From the human T2T-CHM13v2.0 reference genome, Homo sapiens: DNA of 64,000 nucleotides. The position numbers and the translations under genes are program-made. The stretch lies in NCBI RefSeq assembly GCF_009914755.1, contig NC_060942.1. One strand, written 5' to 3'. The notes under the pieces are model-generated. The model ran no database searches. It was not told the origin of the DNA and was given only the letters and a program-made list of their open reading frames with translations. This document shows positions 1-14,469 of this stretch, piece by piece (the first letter of the stretch is position 1; each line of letters begins with the position of its first letter).

Positions 1-139
1 TCAGGGCTGAGCAAGGAGACCAGAGTTCCCGCCAGCAAGCGAGCTCCGCAATAGACGAGAAAACCGTGGTTTCACAAGTCAGCTGCAGAGAGCGCCAGCC
101 ACGTGCAGCCGCCGGACTGTGGTGATGCTACTAAGAATA

Positions 140-500
140 CAAGGTAGGCAGCTGGGAAAGACTTCTCCAAGAAGTTGACACTTGGCCTTGATCCTGAAGA
201 TAAGAATCGGCCATAAAAGTTACTAGGGAAGATCATCCAAGCCAAAGAAAAGGAAAATGCCAGCCCCTTGAGAGGATGTGAGCCACAGCCGAGTCGGCCT
301 AAGAAAGGGGCTGAAGGCCAGGAAGGCTCCCCAGGAGCAAGCAGGGAAGAGCACTGTGGGAGAGAGGCCAGCAGGCAAGTAAAGAGGTGATGGGGGACCC
401 GGGAGCAACAGTGAGGAGTTCCACCTGAGTTGTAACAGCAGTAAGCAGCCTTGAAGGTCTTCATAGTTGAAAAAGAGTTCCATAGGTAGAGATGGGAGAA
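140..500 (-). mobile_element. Degenerate L2 LINE fragment
   Basis: ggaaagacttctccaagaagttgacacttggccttgatcctgaagataag resembles the reverse-complemented L2 3' region; boundaries approximate. Confidence 0.35.
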
Positions 501-870
501 AAGAAAGGACCAAAGAATGAGAATGGCAGGAACCCCCGTGGGGAGCTGGCCAGAGCCCATGGTCCTGCCTGGCTAGAGCCTGGGCAGTCAGCAGAGATGC
601 AGAGAAAAGGCATTTGCAAAACAGGCGGGGTCCAGACATCATGTACCATAACCCTCATGCCTAATTAAAAATGCAATATGAAAATGGGATTAAACTTTAA
701 TTAGGCAGATTCGTTGAGCTGTTTTTGAAAATCTTAGAAAATTTTAATTCTGGAGGGTATTGCACAACCACCTCATTTTTCAAATGGAGAAACAAGAGCA
801 TAAAGAGGACAGTGATTCACACACACACAAAGATGATTTTGGATCAGTGAGGGAGATTCTAAGACATATA

Positions 871-912
871 GTCACCACGCACCCAGCACTTGTCACCACG
901 CACCCAGCACTT
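871..912. repeat. 21-bp tandem duplication
   Basis: gtcaccacgcacccagcactt occurs twice in tandem. Confidence 0.9.
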
Positions 913-2329
913 GCTCCCGCTCAGCACTGTTCTGTCTTCATCTCTGTTAAGCAGCTCGGGCCTCACGGCGACCAGGTGAAGGAGACGCTGCTTTGCTTGC
1001 CATTTTTGCAGATGGGGAAACTCAGGTCCCAGAGGACTGGGTCAAAGTCTCCTAGGTGGCAAGTGATAAATCTAGGTAGATGGGAGGCGCTTAGCCATTA
1101 GTCTTCTCACATGAGTTATTTCCTTCTTCTTTTATGAAAATAAATACCCTGGAATGTATTTTCAGGAGCAAAGACTGAATCTAAAAGGCCAACATCATGT
1201 ATTTACTTGATCAGTTCACCAAACGTCCCACTTAAATTAAAAATCAGGCATTTTTTGGCATTGTGCAGTCTAACAAAAAAAAAAGACTAGACTGAAGTTT
1301 TAACTGGTTGTGAAAGTAATGTAGACGTAGCCTGGCACACACAGAGAAAAGTGTTCACATAGAATTTATCCTCAGCGCCATCTGGGAAACCTCAGTGAGA
1401 TTTATTTCAGAGTTATAAAAAGATACAGGAACATAATGGATCTTTGCCAAACTCAAAAAATGAGCTTTGCTTTCATAGTTACTCTCCCACTGGGTGTCTT
1501 CCTCCATATCAGGGCACATTCTTTATTCTGGTAGGACCTTCAGGTAGCATTTACCAGGCGAACTCAGTAACAGCTGCTGGGAGAAGGGTCTTCCCATCCT
1601 TAAACAATGATGTTTCCTAAACATCACATCAGTCAAGAGGCTAATCCCGATGTGGGGTCCACTGTAGCCAAACCCCATACCAGCCTACAAAGGCAGAGCT
1701 AACAGTATGCAGCTGCTTCTCCCAATTCCAGAAACAGCAGATATGACATATATAACATTTTAAGAAAACGTGTGTGTGACTGCTTTTTACAACAGAGAGT
1801 AAGGATCTGTCCACTTTCCATTTTGATATCAGTTACATCTTGCTGGATGACTTCTAATCTGGAGACAACCAAGTTATTTCAGAAATCTGAATCTGACCCC
1901 GTGACAATTGGGGCAGCTGTGTGTAACATGAGTAAATCAGGTGTACAATATGCCCAAGAAAATGGGTGGCTGCAAAACTGCTTGCATATTTAAATTATTT
2001 ATCAGTAGCAGTGATAAAGCAAATAATAATAGTAATAATGCCTTATTAGCCTGAGAAACAAAGACAAGGGATATAACACATGGGGTTTTTTTGCCACAGT
2101 GCAAATGACTGCAAGAGAAAAACGAGGGTTACTGAGCAGGCAAAAAAGATGCTGACGCTCAGGGTCAGGAGAGCTGGCACCCCTGCACCTGCTGCTGGAG
2201 ACACTGCCACACTCAGCTCTTTGTCCCCAGGGCAGGGTAGCTTCCAGCCAGTGGGCCAATAAAACGATAGTGCTGACTCCGCCACCCAAACTGTCTCAGT
2301 CTGGATCCCTAACACCCCTGCTGCTGCCA

Positions 2330-2530
2330 AGCCAACCACCAGCACCTGTCCACAAGGCGGCAGCAGAGCAGGAAGTGTCTCCCCTCCTGCCTTTCCATCT
2401 TCCTATTGGCAGATCCTAACAAGGGCCAACTGGCAAGGGAGCCAGTGATAGGAAGTGCTGACCCCACCCAGCAGTAGAGAGCAGAGCCCCCAGGGCAGGG
2501 GTTTCAGGGACAGCAGGTAAATGGGCAGCA
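2330..2530 (-). mobile_element. Old ERVL-type LTR fragment (LTR33/LTR16-like)
   Basis: cctattggcagatcctaacaagggccaactggcaagggagcc resembles my recall of the LTR33-group consensus. Confidence 0.35.
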
Positions 2531-2599
2531 GACAAACCCAATGTGTTCACCACTCACTGTGTGGCACACACCACATGGGCTCTAATTCATTCAGTCCTC

Positions 2600-2750
2600 C
2601 AAGCTGTTCTGTGCTGGGCGCTGCTGTTACTCCCATTCTAAAGTCGAGAAAGTTAAGTCAGAGGAAAATCCATTTTCCCAAGTCCCCACAGCTAGTCAGT
2701 GACTGAAGCAGAACCAGACGCATAGTGCTCAAGTCCAGCACCAGCCTGCC
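2600..2750. mobile_element. MIR fragment
   Basis: gttactcccattctaaagtcgagaaagttaagtcagagg...cccaagtccccacagctagtcagtgactgaagc is a MIR core-like motif. Confidence 0.5.
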
Positions 2751-2794
2751 TGGTCTTAATGTCTGTTCCTATTTTCTCAATTAAAACTTAATTA

Positions 2795-4700
2795 TTCTCT
2801 TGGCACCCAAATCATGGTTTCTAATAGGATTCTCCAATAAAAGAAAGAGGGGCTCTCTGGAGAAATGGCTGATTGTAGGGCTTCAGCAGCAAAGATGAGC
2901 CTGGAGTATCTTATGATGCCAGAAAGCAGGGAAGTGCTAAGCACACACACAAAACCACACACACACAGCCATACACAACCACAAACACACAACCATGCAT
3001 AACCATACACAACCCCACACAACCATACACAAAGCCACACAATCATACAAAGCACACACAACTACACATACAACCATACACAACCATATACACAACCACT
3101 CACACACAATCATATACAACCATACACAACCCCACACACAACCCCACACTATCATACACAACCCCCCCACACAATCCCACATCATACAAAACACACACAA
3201 TCACACACACAACCATACACAACCATATACACAAAACCACTCACAACCACACACAACCATGCACAAGCCCACACACACAACCTCATGCAATCATACAAAT
3301 CACACTCAACCACACACACAACCATGCACAACCAGACACAGCCACACACAACCATACACCACCATAGATACAAAACCACTCACACACAAACACACAACCC
3401 CACACAACCATACACAATCCCACACACAACCCCACACAATAATACAAATCACACACAACCACACACACAACCATACACAACCCCACACACACACTAACCC
3501 AATCATACAAATTACACACAACTACACACACAAACATACACACCCAGCCACACACAATCATACACAACCAGATATGCAAAATCACACACACCATACACAA
3601 CCCCACACACACAATCCACCACAACCATATGACACACAACCCCACACACAATGACAAACAACCACACACAACCCTACACAAGCGCACACAATGACAACCA
3701 CACACAACCACAGACATACAACAGCATGCAACCACACACAACCATACACACAAAACCATACCCAACCACACACAACCATGCACACACAACCATTCCCACA
3801 CAACCACACCCAACCATACACAAACACACACAGATAACCATACACAACTTCACACACGCACAGCCACACACAACTACACGCACATAAGTGACTATTGATG
3901 GGGACATGCCAAGGGGACACAGAGGCCAACTGGATGGGCTGGGACAGTTTGAAGAGGGGACAAATCAAGAAGCATCAGATCGTCACCCTTGTAGACAATA
4001 AATACCCTTGATTCCACACAGAGAGAAGTCAATGATGGAGTAGGCAGGTGAACGGGAGAACAGACACACCTCCCAGGTAGAAGAATTCCAAAAGTGAGTG
4101 CTGCCCTCTGTCCTCAGGGAGCTGACTCATCACTCCCCACCCTTTAAATGCCTTCCCTTCAAATCGTCCCGTGTGGAACAGGGTCGGGGGCGGCTGCACC
4201 TGACACACCCCACCTGAGCAAGTGAGTAAGGTCAGCAGAGATACGACACATTGCTAGACGCAGCCTCCGCAGGATGTGATGAGAACGGCGCCTCAGCTCC
4301 GTGGTCTTCCTCCCCCAGCACATGACCCCGATCTACTCATGAGGAAATCATCAGACAAACTCAAATAGAGGGACAGTCTACAAAATACCCAACCAGTACA
4401 TCTCAAAACTGTCAAGGTCATCGAAAACAAGACAAGACTGGACACTGTCACCCTGAGAGGTGCCCAGGGGGAGGGGCTAACTGCACAGTGATGTCCTGGT
4501 TGGGACCCTGGGACAGAAGGAGGGCTTCAGGAAAAAACTAAGGAAATGCGATGTTAATCATGCTGTATCAATACTGGTGTATTAACCCCAGCAGATGTGC
4601 CACACTAATGCAAGATGGTAATATTAGGAAAACTCTTTACTCTGCAATTTTTTCTGTAAATTTAAAAATATTCTAAAAGTAAACATTTATTTTTAAAAAC
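2795..4700 (+). mobile_element. L1MD/L1MC-type LINE-1 3' end, interrupted by a CA-rich array
   Basis: ggagaaatggctgattgtagggc...gatgccagaaagcagggaagtgct before the array; tgatggggacatg...catcagacaaactcaaatagagggacagtctacaaaatacc...ttttctgtaaatttaaaaatattctaaaagtaaac after it. Confidence 0.75.
2942..3884. repeat. CA-rich degenerate simple repeat (acaaccatacac / acaaccacac type), about 940 bp
   Basis: Almost entirely C and A with recurring caaccatacacaac motifs; source of the His/Thr-rich and Cys/Val-rich ORFs. Confidence 0.95.
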
Positions 4701-5205
4701 TTAAATACTGAAATTTTACCCTAAAGCAATGGATGCTGCACATTTCCCACGACATTTTAACTGGTAATGGAGAAAGAGATAAATTTACCACTTATTAATT
4801 TTACCTAAAAAACACCTGCTTATGTGTCATAAAACACAGGACACAAACCTGCCTACGTCACATACACAAAGCCTGTTACTCGCCTGCACACAGCCACACC
4901 TATGCCTGCGGCGTATGAGCCTCCCCTGCAAGACGGCCTTCATGTGTTGGCCCAGCGTGGGACTGGCCAGGTGACACCGTGGGCAGCCCTGGAACCACTC
5001 CGCTTCCTTCCCAACCAACAGCACATATGTCTGTGACTCAATCCCACCCCACCCACCCAGTCAGCTCCCTCAATTCCTCTCCTTCCAGGGGGTGTGGTCA
5101 CAGACGAGGGACCTGCAGTCCCTGACTCCCCATCGTAGGGCTGTCTGATAAAAGGAGGAGTTTTATGACAAATAATCATTATCTCTCAAAAAGTATTCTC
5201 CTTAG

Positions 5206-5537
<332 letters not shown>

Positions 5538-7133
5538 TCGCCACGTGCTTTTAAGACGTTATTTCTCACTGTCCCCACGGATGCTGGCTATGAAGTGTGC
5601 GTGGGGTGCAGCTTTATGGAACACAACGGCATCAGTGTAGACAACAGCAGGTCATTTTGTGTCCACTTGTTTTGAAAGAATGAGACTGAGGAATGTGAAG
5701 AGGTTACAAAAGCTTTTGAAATAGAGACATTTACATTTCAAACAAAAGTTTTTAAAAGAAGAGAGGAAACTGGAACAATATAACCATTCTTGTTGCCTGA
5801 GACCATCACCTGAGAAGTGAAACTCAGGACAAATATCCGAGTTTGTTTTTAATTATATTTGTTTCTGTGGTAACAACCTCTTTGACTTTTATTCCTCTTC
5901 ATATTGATTGGCCATTTCGGTATAACGCAGACATAGCTGACATCTTCCCCAAACCTGCCTCTCAAAGTTATAATACACGCCGGATCCTGTCCCGGTCCAG
6001 TTACCCAATGTCACGCCGAGTAAATTATTCATTGCTACAGAACTGATGAAACGCAGAGCTCAGGCAGCCTCAACTTGAGAAGTTTTGTGGGGTGTAGGTT
6101 TTCAGCTAAGAACCCTGCCCCCGCAGTCCTGATCAGTTCAACACACATTGACCATTTTGCCCACCCCAGAACCGGATGTCATTACTTTGCTCGGTGTGAA
6201 CGCTAATCCTTACCATTAAATAAGATGCACTTACTCTTCTCCAACATTAGCTTCACCGCGTCCCCTTAAATAAGAAGAGACTAAAGATCCCAAAATGCCC
6301 CAAAGTTATTCTCCGAAGACAATGTTGTGCATGACTTATCCTAGATCAATCACCATTGAAGGTCGCCTGTCCTATTTGGCAATATTTGCTCAGTAACTAA
6401 TAAAGATCAGCCTGCAGTTATTTATATTAGGTTATCATCTCTCCAGGGTGAAGCTTAATCCATTTTGCAATGTTTTTCCCAACAAGACAACATGAGTTTC
6501 TTCGTCTGAAAATGAATTAAGTGCATGCTTTCTAAATATGGGATCTGACATTGTTCTTGTTACAAAAAGCAATTTATTCCCCAAAAGGCTTACACTTCAA
6601 AGGTTATATAAAAAGGTTCAAATATCAATGCTATCCATTTTTCAATTACTGGGCTTCCTAACACCACTAGCTTTCGGACAGATAAGCAGTGGTATCAGTT
6701 TTCTTATTCACCATCTTATAGGTTTCCAATTCCACAGCACAGAGAAAGCAAATTTATTGTAATACATTTAGCCGCTTTGGAAACAGGAGTATCCGGACTG
6801 TTTCCTCCAAGACTATAGAAGGTATCAAATAGCATCTTAAAGGGATATTTATGAAGTGCTAGATACTAATGATTGCAATTGCAGATAGAGCCTTAAGTGT
6901 CTACCTATAAACAGACTCATATACAGAAGGGTAAGGTGGCTGGAGGAAAACTCCTTTCATCGTATGAAAATGAAGGAGCCGTGAAAACCATCCAGACCCT
7001 CCTAAGAGAGAGTCCACAGACATGTGTGTTTTCCTATGAGGAAAAAAAACATCCTTTCCTCTTCTGTTGTGCTATCAGATAAGATGAAATTATGTTGTGC
7101 ATATTTTCTTTCTGACAATTAAAAAGAAATCTT

Positions 7134-7426
<293 letters not shown>

Positions 7427-10400
7427 AATCTTAGGATAATGCGTGAAGAATTATTTTGGTATAAAGAAACAATGCTCCAATACCCAGAAAAAGATACATT
7501 TTCATTGCCAATCCAGATGTATCATACAAGCTTTTTCATGATTGAGTTACAAAGATAGAAAATTCTAATTCATGTATTTGTGTTAATGCTTCTCAGTAAC
7601 AAAATAGGACTCCTTTTAAAACTTAAAAAACATTGTCCTCTTAGGAGATAATACTGATAATACGGCATTGTAATAGCTGGAGTCTGGAGGTCAGTGCTGG
7701 GCTGGAATGAGTTCCATCAGCAGGAGAGCATGCAGGCAGGGGGCAGTTCTGTCCACAGCCAGGTGTGTGGTAGATCTTCTAGGGGGTCAAACGTCTGCTG
7801 TTGAGCACGAGGCACCGTGCATGCCAGGCCCTCAGCTCATGGGAGGAAGACCACACGCCACCTTCCCAGGCAGCCCCCAGGGGAGGAGAGCATCGCAAAA
7901 ATAAATCAGCACATAGTTACATGGATTTATGAGTTGAGTTGATTCAATGAGATGAATCCAGGCAGAGTGCAGACTGGGCACTGCACATGTGCCTGACCGT
8001 GGCCCGTCCACTGGCTGGGGAAGTGGTCAATTTGGAATGCCGTTGCGCAGTTTCCATAAAACCCCTGCAATTTAAACTGTCAACGAGGACTGGCAATACC
8101 TTCTAATTTAATACCCACCCACCCCCGCCCCCAACTATTAGCTTGAACAAATTGCTCAGGAAACAAGAATTTATAAACATGCTACATATATATTATTAAT
8201 TGCTTCTTTTTTAAGCCCACAACACACCTGTCAGTTTCTATGTACCACTGCATTTGAGGCACAACGAAGCAAGAATTACAAAATTACTAAAGGAAGCATA
8301 AGACTTGGGTCCAAAAGTCTGGAAAAGTCAAGAGAAAAACTGCTTACATGCTGAGTCCTTATGGAGGACAGCTGGACAGCCGCCTCTCCTTAGCCTCTGC
8401 GCATTCTCCCTGCCAACAAGTCCTCTGTCTTGCCGCAAGTTGACCTTTCCCTTCACAGACATTGTTCGGGAAATCCTGTCACCCAGGACCCACAGGAGCA
8501 CAACCACAGACCCTCGAGTTCCCTGAATCCCTTTCCGACATTTCAGCTCAATGACCTCTCAGCTCTGATGCAATATTCACTAATGGGCATTTTTCTTCTG
8601 TGCTGTATTGAGTCTTCAAAAACAACTGTCTTTGTATTAGTTATTGATTGGGCACTCCAAAGAGATTGATGATGAAAAAATACAACACACTTCGATGAAC
8701 ATTTTGATGGAAAAAAAGGCAAATTTCTACAGATGGGAGTACGAAGACAGCTGTGTGTGTGTTCCAAGCTATATTCTGTCTGCAGGATGACAGTTCTGGT
8801 GGCGATGATTACTGTTATCTAGATAACACTGTGTCATACATTACTTGTTTTCAGGCATTAATTCATACGATTCTTACAATTTTCTTATGGAGTCTATGGA
8901 GAAGAATGCTTACTCTCATTTTGTAGGTAAGAAAAATAAACCAATGGGAAGACTCTTTGATACATAATCAGTTTACCTAATGTATCTGAGGGAATTATAA
9001 ATAATGTGGTATGCATCCTTTATGTTATTTGAGAAATTTCTAAAGAACATAAAATATACAGATTAATTTCTTGTGCATGGGGGCATGAGGATGGGGCATC
9101 TTTGGGAGTTAGTTCTTGGAGAGTTGGCCTGGCTTGAAATCAGTGGCTCCTTCCATGACATCAGAATCATCCACGCCGTCTGTCAGCCCAAGCCCCAAAC
9201 TTCAACTTGGACCCCGTGCATTCTCTTCTTCTTCTGGTGGCTAACACTAGACAGCAGGCAGATGCAGGCGTCTTTCACATGTCTGCCGAGCAGCCATGGC
9301 TACACTAATTAAGGCCTTCAGCTCCTATGAAGACCGAAATCAAGCGGCTTAGAAGCAAAGCATCCACATCCCCTGGAGTCTTTCCTGAGTGCAAGTCCTC
9401 AGGGCCCCAGGAAGGGTTGTGAGGGTTGTGAATTACTATCTGAAAATAATAGCAACACAAAGTACAGACATTACTGTGACAGCCTGTGCTTTTTGTTTAA
9501 AGGGCAAAGTGTATGAAATCGTTTATTTGTATCAGCAAGCTTTGCTTGAATCTGATAAATGCATCCATCGTTTTCTAAATGCACATTTGCCTATGTCCAG
9601 GCTGCGACAAGAAAGCAGCTTTGGCTGAGACTTCCTGGGAGAGGGTGGAACGGTAGAAGCGACATGCTCAGAAAGTCATCAGACCCAGCCTTGGGAGCTG
9701 CTGTAGTCCTCACACTTAGATCCCAAAGGGAAACCTCAAATCTCAGCTGGCATTTGCCGCCTTATCTTAGTTAATATTTCAACCACCACCTCTCTATGAA
9801 AATAATTCTTCTGTGACTGGTGTGATTGTTTTTTCTTAAAATATTTTTAAAAATACATTCTTAATTGCCATTCCAGCTCTGGTGTAAAATTATACCATCT
9901 CTATTCATTATCATTTTAATTTAATGTTTTAACAGGATTTGCCTTGCACTCTTTGTCAGTCAACATCTAACAGAGCAGATAGAGACAAAACGAGCATTCA
10001 GCATTTCCTGCAATGGTTTCCATAGGCATTTTTATTCTACCAATATGTTTAGGAAGAGTAATATACTGGTCTACATGAGTTTATTTGCCTTTCTCTGCGG
10101 GTAATTAACAGTAGAGGGGGTAGGTCTGAGTTAACTATTAATAGTTTAGAAGTAAACCTGAATTTCAAAAACAACACATTATCAGACACAGTAAAAACCT
10201 GATTCTTCCATTTATTTTAAGAACTTATCAATGAATGGAAATTTCCAACTGTGTCAGACTACTGAACAATTGTGTTTTCCCAGCTGATGTTCATTTATGC
10301 TGCACACTGCTGTATACCTGTATTGCTGTCTAACAGTGTTAATTTCTTCTAACCATACGGGGTATAGGAAAAGAACTTTTCATGATGTCCCTGAGCCATC

Positions 10401-12399
10401 AGGCACAGTCTGTGTTCACAGAAATTGTTTTAGCATTTAACTGAAGTGCTGTTGCCTAAAAGTGGGAAGTTCACAGGGAGCAAAAACAATTTATGCAGCA
10501 AGAAAGAACTCCCCACTCATGGTTATGTTAAGCAAGGCAGCCGGGACCCACTGATACTGCTTGTGGTGCACACGGAGAGGAATGGGAGGAAAGGGCTGAA
10601 CCGGCCCAGTGCCCAGCTCACTCCTTGCACACACATGCACACACACAGCATGCCCTGCAAGCTCTTCCTCCAGGCCCAGGCCCCGCTTTGCACACTAAGG
10701 AGTCATCCCCTTCACATCTTCAATCCTCACAAAACCTCAGCCACACAACAATACACTCCCTTCCCCACTGTGGAAACATACAGAGAGGTGGAGTGACATT
10801 GCAAAGTCACACCGTTGTCATGCAGACAGGGGATGTGGAGGTGGACCCAGGCGGAGTGCACAAAATGCCCAGTGATTTTTAGCTTATTGCATATCACCCG
10901 TAAACTCAGTCCTCCCCTCCTCTCTCCTTCATTTAGTATTTCCTAAAATAATGCAGAAATATGTAAAGTGGAGAAATAAGAAATAAGAAGATTCCTGTGA
11001 GCAGAACGAAAGCAAATAAGAAAGACACAGAGTGAGATGCCCAGAAGTCATAGCATCCCCACGTGTGGAACCTGTTTTTTGGCCACCTTATTCTGTTGGG
11101 GGAGGGGCCCTGCCAGCCGCATCCCCCCTGCTGCCGGGCCCTGCTCTTGCCTCCGAATCTAGGCGTTTGGCCTAATTTTGCCACCTGTCACCGTGTGAGC
11201 CACCCCCGGCCTTTGCACTTAGCTCACAAATAACACTCGCCCTGAAATTCTCATAGGAATGCAGGAAGAGCCAGAGACACAGGCTTTGAAAGAAGAAAAT
11301 AAGCTCAACACAGATGGAGTCATCGCCACTGCTCTGAGGCCTCCTCGGGGCCCAGGCCTCCTGACACCAATGTCTCTACCAGGGACGGGACCTGGGGCGG
11401 GGCCTGCTCCTTCCTCCATGCCGTGTGCTTGCTTTTGATGAAACACATTGGTCACCCCAGAGAACTCAGCCCTCAGAACACCTCAACAGAAGTTCATGGA
11501 AGATATTATTTTGGTAATAATAGTGGGTTTTGCTGTTGTTGTTAAAACAAACCTTCCTTCTACTTACATACCCTCATGGTGACCGTAGAGAAGAGTTTCT
11601 GCAACATGCCCTATTAAATCATTTTGTTAGTAGGACGTTCAAAAACGACCCTTGGAAACTTGGGTATCCTTGCCTTCTATGTAAAAGCAGCTTTCTCCAT
11701 GAGGCTTCCATGGAGCCCCCAGCATCTCATACTGGGGTAATCAGGATCAGTTTTTTAAGACAGGGAGTGGAAGTGGCCGTGCCAGTGCACGACGCCCCCA
11801 GGATTAAATAATGAGGGGCACTGTCGCTGCCACAGGCTATTGAGGAAACTGACGCTGTGTGGTGGCTTCGCCATCAGAGACTGGGTTTACTTTTGTTATT
11901 GGGGTTACGCCAACCTCACACACAGCTTCTCTTCCTGTGTCTCTTCTGACTGAAGCCACAGCAGCCTCTAGCTGGCTTCAAACACTGCTTACAGATAGTT
12001 ACTGTCCAACAACTATGCTGCATTTTGATGAAAAGTTAATGACACTACAAATTGCTAGAAATCACCACCCTTTAATTACATGTACATACTGTATTAACAA
12101 AAGACATCTTAAAGCAAGATCTGCAGACGAGGATCAGGTCCAATCCGAGGGCCCTGAGAGCTCAGTGCTCCTTGGCCACTGTCTAGCAAGACTGAGTTGG
12201 GAGATGACTCCGCATTCTGGAGAGATCTGAAGAGATGTGTGCACCAAGGTTCTTCTCTGAACCTGGGAAGGAGGCAAGCAGGGGAGGGGGGCGCAGACAA
12301 TGGGCCCCAAGGCTGCAGTGGAGCCCCCCACCCATACCCCTCCCTGTGCAGGGTGTGAAGCTGCCCGCCCCTGCCACTAGAGTCACCCACTCACTGTGT

Positions 12400-12590
12400 C
12401 GAGATGTAATTTATAGACCATCAGATGTGCTCATTTTAGTTGTACAATTCAATGATTTTTAGTAAGTCCACAGAGCTGTGCAACCACTATCGCAATTGAA
12501 TTTGAGGACATCCTTATCACCCTAGAAAGACAGCTGGCAGGCATCTGCAGTCACTTCCCGTACCCAATCCCAGGCCCCAGGCACTTGCCC
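12400..12590 (-). mobile_element. L1MB-type 3' end fragment
   Basis: ttgtacaattcaatgatttttagtaagtccacagagctgtgcaaccactatc...catccttatcaccctagaaaga. Confidence 0.7.
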
Positions 12591-12878
12591 ACTTTTAAAA
12601 GTACAATTTCCAAATCCCACTGCAGACTTTGTGAATCAGGGTGTCTGGGGCTGAATTCTGATGCATCCATGTTCTCAAACCTCTTTGGGGAGAGGAGGAT
12701 CCTTGACCCAGGATGTAAGAACCTCCCCAGCAAGCAAGGGAAGCTTTGTGTCTGCCTGGAGAGAGAGGACTCAGAGAGACACAGTTCACGGTAAAGAGTT
12801 CATGGGAATGTGGATTAGGGTATCGGAAATTCTTCAGCTTGCATAGGCAACAGAGTCCTTGAGTCCAGGTGGTGTGGC

Positions 12879-13219
12879 TTTGTTCACATGTGCACTTCTC
12901 ACAGCGGTTTACATCACAACGACACTCTTCAATGTGGGGTAAATCTTATAAAAATGTCAAACCTAGCAAGATTATTTCCTAAACTATATATTTTGTTCAC
13001 GTGTGCACTTCTCACAGCGGTTTACATCACAACGACACTCTTCAATGTGGGGTAAATCTTATAAAAATGTCAAACCTAGTAAGATTATTTCCTAAACTAT
13101 ATATTTTGTTCACGTGTGCACTTCTCACAGCGGTTTACATCACAATGACACTCTTCAATGTGGGGTAAATCTTATAAAAATGTCAAACCTAGTAAGATTA
13201 TTTCCGAAACTATATTTTT
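12879..13219. repeat. 113-bp tandem repeat, 3 copies
   Basis: tgttcac starts at 12881, 12994 and 13107; the copies differ at only a few positions. Confidence 0.97.
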
Positions 13220-14469
13220 TGACTCAATGTTAGAATCTATTTGAAAACTCTTTAGTTTTTTCTGTAAAGCTCCAAAGTTTAATAATTTGAATCTAAATTA
13301 CAACCAAACATCATAAGCACTGCACCTCCCAAACCAGCACACTCCCTATCCTTGTAAAAGCCAAATGAGTTCATCATAATTAATGCTATAGAACAAACCC
13401 TGCATAATAATAATTAACCACATATTGTTAAGTGCTATCAAAAATGCATGGCATTTAATTAGCTTGAAACAACACTCTCTGCATATTACAAAATGAACTA
13501 ATGTCGTTCTTCGGATGATCATTCTTCAGCAGGAAGTACTTCTGCTAACAGTCTTTTAATGTATTTATTAGTACTTCAATAATATTGAAGTACTGCACTA
13601 GCAATTTAGCTCAAATATTCCATTTCAATTAAACATTTGACCTCTTTGAACTCCCTGGAATTAGGGATTGGTTTGTAATTATGCCATTTGTGGGCACAGT
13701 ATAATATAATAATAATCCAGAGTTTTATTGTTTTAGTACCTAATGTAGATGCTCTGTATAATGAAAGATTTCCAACATGTTGGTACCAGTTCCCTCAGGG
13801 GTGGAACAGGCTATAATGTCACTCGAGGTCATAAGAGAAAAATTTGGCAACGGCAGATACATGAGGCAAGAAGTCCAAGTCAGCAAACTTGCATTCTACC
13901 GCCAAGCCAGGCAGAAACTTGCAATGTTTGCTCAAGCAAGCTTGTCTCTCCTCTGAGTATTCCTCTTCTGTGACATGGGATAATATTGCTGGATTCATTT
14001 TCACTCCCAAAACTTCTATGAAGCTATACCAGTCTAAAATTTGCATGTAAAAGACTTTGTGCTAATTGATACAAACAACCTTAGTAAAATGTTAGATTAT
14101 GACACGATCCTTTGTAGGAAGAATTCTCATGATTCTATTTTTATTCTAAAATGAAAATAAAACATCGTAAAGATGAGTGGGAGGATTTGCTAAATTTAAT
14201 AAAATACTGTTTTAATTAAATACTGATTTAATAAAATACTGTTTATTAAAAGTCATATTAGCAACTACTACTTATAAGTAAATCACACAGCTGTGCACTT
14301 ACGTATCCTGCTTTGAATAAGTAAGCAGGGAAGAAAATCTGTTGAACGTCTATTCAACATGGCAGTTTGGGATCCTAGGTTGTACTGCCTTCCCCTAAAG
14401 TGTCGTGTTAGTTGCCATTACCCATCGACTATGTCAGGTATGAGTGAGGCTCTGAGTATAATCCATCCT

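Noticed and set aside
1371-1388. CTCF-like cagcgccatctggg
   Set aside because: It matches only part of the core motif, with mismatches at the conserved CC positions.
2792-3968. Many His/Thr-rich and Cys/Val-rich ORFs up to 219 aa
   Set aside because: They are translations of the CA-rich simple repeat.
11382-11402. G-quadruplex/GC-box gggacgggacctggggcgggg as a promoter
   Set aside because: Isolated motif with no CpG island or other promoter evidence.
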